Source of the DNA: Vitrella brassicaformis CCMP3155 | Taxonomy: Eukaryota; Protista; Chromerida | Direction: 5' to 3' | Assembly (NCBI GenBank): GCA_001179505.1 | Contig: CDMY01000718.1 | Location: 124,001 to 188,000, forward strand | DNA: 64,000 bases | Part shown: one piece after another, positions 48,826-58,845 of the stretch | Layout: each line of letters begins with the position of its first letter | Position numbering within the stretch: position 1 is the first letter of the stretch | The notes under the pieces: model-generated | The model's input: only the letters and a program-made list of their open reading frames with translations | What the model was told of the DNA's origin: nothing | Database searches by the model: none | Translations under genes and position numbers: made by a program

Positions 48826-49155
48826 TCGAGGATGCCGCCGCCTGCCAGACACCTCCAAAACGTCCGAAAAAAGGAAAGAGCTTTCCCTTGTGCGAGCTAG
48901 TCTCGTAAATCCTGTTCCTGCTGTATTCCTTTCCTGCCACTCAAGGAATACTTTCCTTCACTTGACGTCGAGGCTCGTTTGTGCGCTTCCTTTGTCGCCC
49001 TGGCGTCAAAGCTCGTTTCTGTGCTTTTTTTCCCATCTCGCCTCTTTCCCTTTGCCGGCCAAGGCAACAAGGACTACCACAACACGCCCCCTTCCTTCGT
49101 GCGTGCAAAGGACCGGGTTGAGCTTCTGGTAAGACTGGGCAACGGAGGCAGCAAC

Positions 49156-52100
49156 ATGACCTGCCGCGTCCCTGGCTGCAAGGAGGCTCACAAGGCCCAC
49201 TATTGCAAATGGTGCAAGAACCAGAACTCCAACCACTTCGCGCGTGACTGCTGGCATGGGCCCGGTGGACAGAGCGCGTCGACATACTCGGTACGCAGGC
49301 GACAGGATAGACAGACAGCGCCCTCAATGCCGTTCCCTCTTTCCTGCATGTGTTGTCTGCAGGGTGGCTCACCCGACAAGAGCCCACAGCGCAGCACATC
49401 ACGCGCCAGGGAGCGCAGCCGTTCAGGGCAGCCGAAGGGCCGCGTTGGTTGCCGCGTTCCAGGGTGCACTTTCCCCAACTGCCTCAAGACGGGACACCAC
49501 CATTGCAAGAATTGTGGCGACAAGGTAGCTACCAAGGACGCCCCATGGTGCTGATTCATCTGTTCCTTTGCCTGTGTTTGGCCTGGCCGCAGGATTCCGA
49601 TCACTTCTCGTCGGCATGCCCCAAGCTGCAGAAGCCCGGCGGGCAATACACGACCACCTCGCGCTTGGTGAGTGGCCATAATGCTAGAGGGCCTCGTTGC
49701 AGGACTGCATTTGGTGTGTCTGACGATGCTGTTTCGTTTCAGGTGCATTCGTCGCACCTCCTGTCGTCGCTCTATAACGGTTCACCTCACGCCGTCAAGA
49801 CAATCCTCGCCAACTATGCGACGGATTATGGGCGCGCAAAGGAGCCCAAGGACGTCACCGGTCTGCTGAGCACGCTGCAGTCGGCCATGGGCGGCCGAGG
49901 GGGCAGCTTCCATGGCATGGAGAGGGTGCTGACCTCTACCTTCATCAACGAGACGCTGCCCGTCCTGTGCGGCATCCTCTCCAAGGGCGACCTCAGCTTC
50001 CCCCTACAGCCGCCATCCAGCCACTCACACAGCGGCACGGAGGCACACATGACTGCCCGCCAGTGCTTTGCCCTCATCGGTGCGGGCTTCCTCTGTCTGC
50101 ACCAGCCCGGCGACGGCAGTCTCAACTTCGACCGCCTGTTCGACAACAGCACACCCTCTGGCAAGGCCAAGCTGCAGTGCTTCATCCACTACCTGGACAC
50201 CATGGCGCGGGCGATCAAGGAGGGCAACACCGCCGAGACGGAGCGTGTGGTCGTGTTCCAAGCCCTCAGCAGCCCCGAGGCGGGTATCCACGACTGGGCG
50301 ACATCGACCGCCCCACTGGTGGATGTGCGCTTCGTGCAAGGCACCCAAGCGTCCATCTTCGACGCGCCGGCCATCCGAGGCGACTTCGCCAATGCCCACA
50401 TCGCCGGCGGAACACTGGGAAAGGGTACGCACACAAAGACGAGAGACAGACAGGTTGATGTGCATCGATTTACATTTGTCTTTGCCGTCTCCGTCTCTCT
50501 CTCTCTCTCTCTGTGTGTGTGTCTGTGTGTCTGTGCCTGTTTGTGTGTGTGTGTGTCAGGTGCGGTGCAGGAGGAGATCTTGTTCTCAATTGAGCCGGAG
50601 TGCCTTCTCGCCCGCCACCTCTTCCCCAGAGCCATGCAGCCCACTGAGGCCTTCATGATCGTCGGCTCCAAGACGTTCAGCAAAACATCTGGCTACGGCC
50701 GCGAGACCCTCCGCTTCAGCGGCCCTGCCCACGACACGGCGGCCACGAGGCGCGTCGATGGCCATCCGGTTCTGAACAAGTACATCGTGGCCTTTGATGC
50801 GGTCAACTTCGGCAAGCACGGGAGTGATCAGCAGTACGACAAGACGCATGTGGTGCGAGATCTCAAGAAGGCACACACGGCATTCCATTGCAATGGCCTC
50901 ACGATCGTCGGAGGACTGCCCTTCGCGACGGGTGAGTGAGGCACACACAGATGGCCATCGTGTCTTGTCTGCACATCTGCGTCGGTTCGTGTGTCTGCGT
51001 GTGTCTGTCCAGGCAATTGGGGCTGTGGCGTGTTTGGTGGCGACCCCCAGTGGAAGCTTCTCATCCAGTGGTGCGCTGCGAGTCTCGCCGGCCGCCCGCT
51101 GCACTACTACCCGCGAGACGAGCGCAGCCTTATGGGCGCCGAGCGCTTCATCCACAGCCTGAAGGCCGCTGGGTGCGACACTGTGGGCGGGCTGGTCCAG
51201 CTGATGTGTGACAGGCGCACACAGAGGGCCATCGCGGGGCGGAATCGAATGTCGGCATTCGAGGCCATCAAAGCGATCGTCACGGACCGGAGCAGACCAC
51301 CCCCACCACCCGTGGTAAGCTGCCCCTCCATACTGTCTGCATCAATCTCATTGGGTTTCTGTGCGTTTGTGTGCCAGCCTCGCAGCTCACTGCCTGCATC
51401 CCACATGCAGCACTACTCCCCTTCCCCCCCCATGCAGCACTACTCGCCCCAGCTCGCATTGCCGGACCGGGCGGCAGCGCCACCTACGACAGGCCGAGAG
51501 GAAAGCCAAGGCGACACGGTGAGCCGTCTGCCAAACCTGAGATCCTGTGGTCATGCCTGTCTGTCTGTCCCCAGGCAGCCCTCGCTGCGTCTCCCATGTT
51601 GTCGGCCGTCACTGCAGACGAAAAGCATGCAAAAGATGACAATCCAAGAGAGGTCCGTCGAGACATGACACACACTTCTATGTGACCGATTGGTGTGTGT
51701 TGTGCGATGCTCTGGCTGCCAGGTTGGCTACGCTCCTCTGGTCGACACGACCGACAACGAGTCGTCGAGCATGGGTGCCTCGGATAGCGACGACAAAATG
51801 GACGTCGACGCGAGTGACGCGACCAACGCGGGCGCCACGGTGGAGGAGACCACACCCCTCCTCTCCATGCAAGACACGACCAGCCACACGTAAGGAGCAT
51901 GCACAGAGCCCATAGACGTGTGGTCAAGGCGTAGGTCTGGCTTCTCTGCGTGTCGTATGTTGTCAGAATTCATTACGTGTTCGAGTACGTGCCGAGGATG
52001 TATACCTTCCCCTCTGAGGTGGTACTCAAAGGCTCCTTCGACGGCTGGCTTGGCCATCACCCGATGTCTTGGTCGCCCAAGCACAGGTGCTTCGTCTACG

Positions 52101-52279
52101 GCATGCCGCTGCCCCCGGGCAGGTACATGTACAAGTTCATCGTGGATGACAGGTGGGTGTGTTCCAGCACGCAGCCAACAGGCGAAGATGGAGCTGGCAA
52201 TACCAACAATGTCGTCACCATCTCACTTGACCGCCAATGTCTGACCTGCGGGGTGGTACATGGGGGGAGGGGGTGCTAG
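49156..52279 (+). CDS. PARG: Poly(ADP-ribose) glycohydrolase PARG-1: 2 zinc modules + PARG catalytic domain + C-terminal CBM48/AMPK-beta-like glucan-binding domain
   Basis: MTCRVPGCKEAHKAHYCKWCKNQNSNHFARDCW; CRVPGCTFPNCLKTGHHHCKNCGDK|DSDHFSSACP. PARG signatures DFANAHIAGGTLGK|GAVQEEILF, SGYG, RDLKKA, AT|GNWGCGVFGGD. Final exon from 51967: SEVVLKGSFDGW...LPPGRYMYKFIVDDRW...NTNNVV. Confidence 0.92.
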
Positions 52280-52825
52280 GCGGGATGGCCTGTGTGCGGA
52301 TCGTAGCATGGGATCAGTTTGGATTCGTCGAATTGGGCTGGGAGACGTGCTGGCTGGGGGGTGCAGTGTGAAATCAGTGATGGCTCCGTAGGTGCGTGAG
52401 GATGGGCGGGTTCTTGTAACTAGATGGGCGAGCAGAGAGCGGGAGAAGAGGACGAACGGCATCAAATGTGACATGGCTGCTGTGCGTATCGTAGTGTGGG
52501 ATCAGTCGTAGAGTCGTAGATAGATGAGGGCGGATTCTCACAGGCAGTCGGTGCCCTCTGCGTTTTTTCTACGAGACACTTTGGTTAAATCCATGTTCGT
52601 GTGTGTCCCATGCATGGGCTGTGTCGTGTGATTTTGAATTGAAGTACGCGTAGTTTGACGCACTCTGAGTCTGTGCTTTTTGTAAGGCCCTTTGACTTGT
52701 GCATGTGAGGCTTTTCCATTAAGAGTGACGGCGAGCAGCGGACTAGACATCGAAAGTGAGCGCAACACAAAAGCGGCCGCATCAAGAATATATACATCAA
52801 TTCCTCCACCCGAACAGAGACACGC

Positions 52826-52979
52826 AGCATCAATCAAGTCACACGACCGTCAGCACCTCCACGTCACTGGCACTAAAATCTCGATGGCCACCGAACACTG
52901 CACACGCAGCAGGCCCCCTCGCCCCTTGATAGCCATCAGGCACATGACTCCTCTTCATGAAGTGACGACAGTAGCGCAC
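52826..52979 (-). pseudogene. 3' remnant of the TLDc gene (duplicate of 57668-57821)
   Basis: Near-identical DNA to the end of the TLDc CDS (VPDGYQGARGPAACAVFGGHRDFSASDVEVLTVV). The rest of the domain is absent. Confidence 0.8.
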
Positions 52980-53139
52980 TCCTGTTGATAATGGACCAGT
53001 GTATAGGTGTTTATGGCGTGTATACAGACTTGACATAAGACACTGATGTCTTTCCCTGACCGGTCCAAAGGCACAGAAACCTATCTTCTTGACTTCTCTG
53101 CACGCCTCATTGTCCACTTGCCTCCTTGCACCAAAACTT

Positions 53140-54141
53140 CTAGACGAAAAAGCTCATAAACACGCGCCCGATGAAGCCCAGAAGCTTGATGCAGCCAGGG
53201 AGCACGACCTCTGGGATGAGCTGCACAAACACAATCCCGACAACGAAGTCGAGAATCAAGATCTCGATGAATAAGTCGAAGATCAACATCTCGATGATCA
53301 CCTCGAGAATCACGCGCTCGACAAAGAACTCGAGCAGCACGCGCTGGACAAAGAATTTGCCGAGCTGCACGACGCCCTCCGTGACGGGGCGCGGTAGTCG
53401 TGTAGTGCCAACAAAGAAGATGAGACTCCTACAACACACACACAACACACACACACACACACACAAACATGACAGGCAGGATTTGACACTTGTTTGGTTG
53501 GCTGTCTGCTGCATTGGTCACTTGAATGCCGCGACTCCTCTCGGGGCCAATTCGCCTGCCTTTCCATGGAGAAATCGGTATAAGAGGCGAATCCTCTTGA
53601 TTAGGCGGGTTTCGCCGCGGTCGTCCTTGCAATCTCGATCATAAGCCTGACGCTTCTTGCTGTCTTTCAGTAGCTACACACCACGCACACAATCAATGCA
53701 CACCGCCACACACGCATGGCGTTGCTCACTTCGTATGCGGTGCGAAGGTCAATGAATTTCTCGTGCGCTCTTGGGTCACCGGGGTTCTTGTCGGGATGCA
53801 CTTGCTTGGACTTCTCGAAATACCCCTGCCATGATGACACAGACAGATAGACAGAAGATAGACCACACACCAAGAGGACTGACTGACTGACTGACCTGCT
53901 TCAGCTCTGCATCCGTGGCGTCCCTCGGCACCCCAAGAATGCGATAGCAGGAACAGGCGTTTCGACAGCCTCCTTGACCCAATGCAGGCGCCACTAGCAG
54001 GAGCGATAGCACAGAGAACAGACTCCGAAGAGAGCTGCATGCACACACATTGGTGCCTCGCGCGAAGCCTCAGGCGCCTGGGCAAGCGAGTCATACGTAC
54101 CTCGGACACTTGGACAAAAACGGCGTTGTATCACACGTCAT
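53140..54141 (-). CDS. J-domain (DnaJ/Hsp40) protein with N-terminal signal/anchor and hydrophobic C-terminus
   Basis: Spliced MTCDTTPFLSKCPS|SLRSLFSVLSLLLVAPALG...CYRILGVPRDATDAELKQ|GYFEKSKQVHPDKNPGDPRAHEKFIDLRTAYE|LLKDSKKRQAYD. HPD motif present. Confidence 0.88.
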
Positions 54142-54847
54142 TCGTTCGCTGCGCTGACAAACACGCAATCCGCTCTCCGATGCAGTACAGGTGTTTGTGT
54201 TGCAGTGCTACTGCAGTGTTGCAGTGATGCACACACAAGCAGGGGAAGAGAGAAATCGTCTCCTGGCGGGGAGCCCCTTTTGGGCCCGTGTATCGTGCAT
54301 ACCTGCCACATTGACGATACCGCTGCTTCCTGAACGCCGAGGAATGGGGGGTATCCAGAAAAGAACTGCAAGCTCGCAGATCTGAAGGGGGGGGGATGAG
54401 GGAGAGAAACCGCTGATGCTGAAGGGAGAGAACGAACGATGTCAAAACGTTGTGTTGCTGCGCCTTGTTTGCACCCTTGTTTGCAGACCCTTGGATCCTC
54501 AAAGATCTGCGCTGTGTTCGGCTCTTCAGAGGTCAAAGGCAGAGTATCGCTTCGATTGTGTCCAAGACGACACAAAGGCCAGCAGGCAACGAGAAGCAGT
54601 GACACATTCGCCGGGGATCCGATGCTCTCGAGGATAGGACAAGCCGACAGGATGCCACAGGAATACGGATCACAGGAATACATTGACAGGTATATGCCTG
54701 TTGCCTGTTCTGGTGCATTTCCTCAGCTGCTGAGCCGTCTTGGTCCGCTCGCCATCTCCCGCGCTTCATTCTTTGGTCCGCGAAGCGAAGAGAGCGAGAA
54801 GAAGCACAGAGGACCATACTTCCTGATCTGCCGTGCAAAACACAGCC

Positions 54848-57286
54848 ATGGTGAGAGCGACCCTACCAGCGTCCAGCGATCGGATTGCACCCCTCCACTC
54901 ATGTCTTGTCCCATCGTCCGTGTGTGCAGTGGTGGCTTGGCAAGACTTGCCGCGTCCCTGGCTGCACGGAGAAGCACAAGGCGCACTTCTGCAAATGGTG
55001 CAAGAACCAGAACTCCAACCACTTCGCGCGTGACTGCTGGTATGGGCCCGGTGGGAAAATGGCAGCGAACAACAAGCACTCGGTAAGCGAACGCACTCGC
55101 AGACCTACACCGCATTACTATGTGAGTCATGCCGCTCTACGTGTTGCCTCCCATGTACGCTGTAGGCTTTGCCTCGCCAGTCGCCGGCCCATCACGGCTT
55201 ACCTGCCACCGTCAAGGCCATCCTCGCTCACCTCGCGACGGATCACGGCCGCGCCAAAGAGCCCAAGGACGTCATTCGTCTGCTGGGCTGGCTGCAGTCG
55301 GCCATGGGCGGCCAGGGGATCTCATCGACCAGCTTCCGTGGCGTGGAGAAGGTACTGACCTCCACCTTTATCAACGAGACGCTGCCCGTCCTGTGCGACG
55401 TCCTGTCCAAGAGCGACCTCAGCTTCCCCCTGCAGCCGCCATCCAGCCACTCACACAGCGGCACGGAGGCACACATGACTGCCCGCGAGTGCTTCGTCCT
55501 CATCGGTGCGGGATTCCTCTGTCTGCACAAGCACGGCCACTCGGGCAGCCTCAACTTCGACCGCCCCTTCGACAACCACACACCGTCTGGCAAGGCCAAG
55601 CTGCAGTGCTTCATCCACTACCTGGACACCATGGCGCGGGCAATCAAGGAGGGCAACACCGCCGAGACAGAGCGTATGGTCATCTTCCGAGCCCTGCATA
55701 GCCCTGCGGCGGGGCTTCAGGAGTGGGCGAGGTCGACAACCCCTCTGATGGACGTGCACTTGATGAATGGGAAGGATGCGTCCATCTTCGACTCGAAGGG
55801 CATCAGGGGCGACCTTGCCAATGCCCACATCGGTGGCGGGACGCTGGGAAATGGTACGCAGACACAAACAGGCACAGACACGCACTGATCCATGTGGACC
55901 TGTCTGTGCCTTGCTGCGTCTGTGTGAGTATTTCAGGTGCGGTGCAGGAAGAGATTTTGTTTTCCATCGAGCCGGAGTGCCTCGTCGCCCGCCACCTCTT
56001 CCCCAGAGCCATGCAGCCCACAGAGGCCTTCATGATCGTCGGCTCCAAGACGTTCAGCCGCACATCGGGATACGGCCGCGAGACCCTGCGCTTCGCCGGC
56101 TCGGCACACGACACCGCCACCATGAAACATACCAACGGCCATTCCGTCCTGGGCAAGACCGTTGTGGCCTTTGATGCGGTCAACTTCGGCAAGCACGGGG
56201 GCGATCAGCAGTACGACGAGAGGTGCGTGCTGCGGGAGCTTAACAAGGCACACACGGCATTCCATTGCAATGGCCTCACGATCGTCGGAGGACTGCCCTT
56301 CGCGACGGGTGAGTGAGGCACACACAGAATGGCCATCGCTTCTTGTCTGCACACCTGCGTCGATTCGTGTGTCTGCGTGTGTGTCTGTCCAGGCAATTGG
56401 GGCTGCGGTGTGTTTGGTGGCGATCCCCAGTGGAAGTTTCTTATCCAGTGGTGCGCTGCCAGTCGGGCGGGTCGACGGCTGCACTACTACCCAAGAGACG
56501 AGAAGAGCCTCGTGGGCTCCAAGAACTTCATGCACGACCTGAAGAACGCTGGGTGCTCCACGGTGGGCCATTTGGTGCAGCTGATGTGCGATGGGCGCAC
56601 ACGTGGGGCGATCGGGCGTCGCGTGTCGGCCTTCGATGCCATCAGAGGAGCCCTCGCACAACAAACCAGACCAGCCTCTCGACAGATGGTACACCTACCA
56701 CCCTGCACACCTGTCGCCGTGTATCACCGTGGATGCTTTGGTGTGCGTGTGTGTGTGTGTCGCAGTCCCACAGTCTACCCCCCCGCAGGCAGCAGCCACG
56801 CAAACGCACACTGAGCAACTCGCCGCCAGCGCCACCCACGAGACGACACCACGGTGGGATAATCGACACCAACAAAGCGGAAGCCAAGGAAAGGGAGACG
56901 ACACTGCTCGCGTCTGCACAGAAGAGTGGCGACAGCAAGTAAGCACCCACAGAGACGCACACACCGCAGAGAGGGGAGCGAACGGATCCTGGCCGTGTCT
57001 GTGTGCCTATGGTGGTGGTGTCAGGATCGATCACATTTTCCAGTACGTACCGGTGAAGCGCACTCGTCCCTCTGAGGTGTTGCTGGCCGGATCCTTCGAC
57101 GGCTGGCACGGCCGCTACCCGATGTTCTGGTCTGCCGAGCACAACTCCTTCGTGCTGCCCATGCCGCTGCCTGCCGGCAGACACATGTACAAGTTCATCG
57201 TCGATGGCGTCTGGACGTGTGCGGGCCGGCAGCCAAGTGCTCGAGATTCGTCTAACAATCTCAACAATGTGGTGAACGTCGGATAG
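54848..57286 (+). CDS. PARG: Poly(ADP-ribose) glycohydrolase PARG-2: 1 zinc module + PARG catalytic domain + C-terminal CBM48-like domain
   Basis: M|WWLGKTCRVPGCTEKHKAHFCKWCKNQNSNHFARDCW; DLANAHIGGGTLGN|GAVQEEILF (GGG-x6-QEE); SGYG; RELNKA; GNWGCGVFGGD. Last exon from 57025: SEVLLAGSFDGW...LPAGRHMYKFIVDGVW...NLNNVVNVG*. Confidence 0.92.
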
Positions 57287-57671
57287 ACAGACACACTGAC
57301 AGACATGGAGGGAGGGATGGGCTGGTGTAGTGAGGCGATCGGCTCTGCGTGGGCTTCTACTCGTCACTTTCTAATGCAAAGACTTTGGTTAGGTCCACGC
57401 GTGTGTGTGTGTGTGTGTGTGTGTGTTTGTGTCGTGTGTAAGGGAGTTTGGTCAACGCCTGTCTGCTGATCGTCAAGGAAGTCTGTACGATGCTGTTTTG
57501 CTTTGTTTTTGCTGCGCCTTCCCACGTGATGTTTGCAAATGTCCGTTTGAAAGACACAGTGTATGAAAGCTCTTCCTTCCTCGACAAGGCAAGTCGCATC
57601 AGTGCTATTCCGACAGTCACACTATCTGGCACAAGTACGAATGACAAGCGTGGGGAAGATAGAGAAGAGCA

Positions 57672-58666
57672 TCAATCAAGTCCCACGACCGTCAGCACCT
57701 CCACGTCACTGGCACTAAAATCTCGATGGCCACCGAACACTGCACACGCAGCAGGCCCCCTCGCCCCTTGATAGCCATCAGGCACATAACTCATCTCGAT
57801 GAAGTGCCGGCAGTAGCGCACGCAAGAATTCCCGCCGTCACGGCCCAAGCTTAGATCACTGATCGTCAGCGCTCCCGTGCCCTCGGGCGCCTCTATCCCA
57901 GCGACGCGCACGGTCTGCCCGCCGGGAATGCGAATCTTCATTGGGGCTTCGAAGTGGCCGGCGAGCGAGAAATGCCACCCGTCAGATTCGTATTCGCTGA
58001 CTCCCGTTGGATCCTGCGGCAACTTGATGCCTTCACTTGTATAGGCGCCGAACACGCAGCCGCCCGATTTGATGACGAGCACCAGCCCCTTAGCGTCGCC
58101 CACACACCGAATGAGGTCGAGGTATTGGCCGCCGTCAGTTCTGCAGCATGGCACACACTCGAACAGCAGATCAGAACAGAGCAGTCAGGTGTGTGTTCTC
58201 TGTTGTACGCGTATATGTACCTTCTGTCGTAGGAGGAGTGCCTATAGAGCCGCTTGAGCTCTCTGCCGTTCAGCCAGCTGCGAAGGGTATCGCGCTGCTC
58301 GTCTGTCAGGAACGACACAACGGCAGCGGCCTGCGGTACGGCCTTCCTCCGGACTCCACCACGAGCCCGCAGCTGCTTGACGATGCCACCGATATTTTCG
58401 GCCGTGGCCAGCATATTGCTCAATGTTTCCAATGCTGCTTCAGCAAAATCTAATGCAACCGAGATCATCTCCGCGACTTCCTCAACGATGCGCCGTCTTG
58501 TCGCGCCAGTCACCTTGTTGCGCGACCTTCTCATGATGAGCCGGCTGGGCAGCAGAGGGGCACAATGCTGGCTGTGTTGGGGATGGGCAAGGAACGCCAA
58601 CGCTGCGGTCGATGAGGCCAGCAGAGGGATAATGATGATCAGTGACGCCACGACGGATGGACTCAT
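57672..58666 (-). CDS. TLDc-domain protein with N-terminal hydrophobic segment and helical region
   Basis: FLTDEQRDTLRSWL...LKRLYR, DLIRCVGDAKGLVLVIKSGGCVFGAYTSEG, HFSLAGHF and VFGG..DFSASDVEVL follow the TLDc motif order. Start uncertain. Confidence 0.8.
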
Positions 58667-58845
58667 CGCCGGCAGAGATCGATGATGTCGCCTTGCGCGA
58701 TGAGTAAGAGTGCTGCTGGATGCCCCCATTTGTGCCGTTTCTGTCATCGTTTCAACTTCGCGATCGCCACGAATCGCGAGCTTGAGCTCGTGGCCTCCCC
58801 CTTTCTTCTCCTTCCCTTTCCTCTTTCCTGAAGCCATTTGCACTT

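Noticed and set aside
48611-49132. ORF-track proteins spanning the ART-c/PARG-1 intergenic region
   Set aside because: They overlap ART-c exons antisense or the presumed promoter and show no coding signature.
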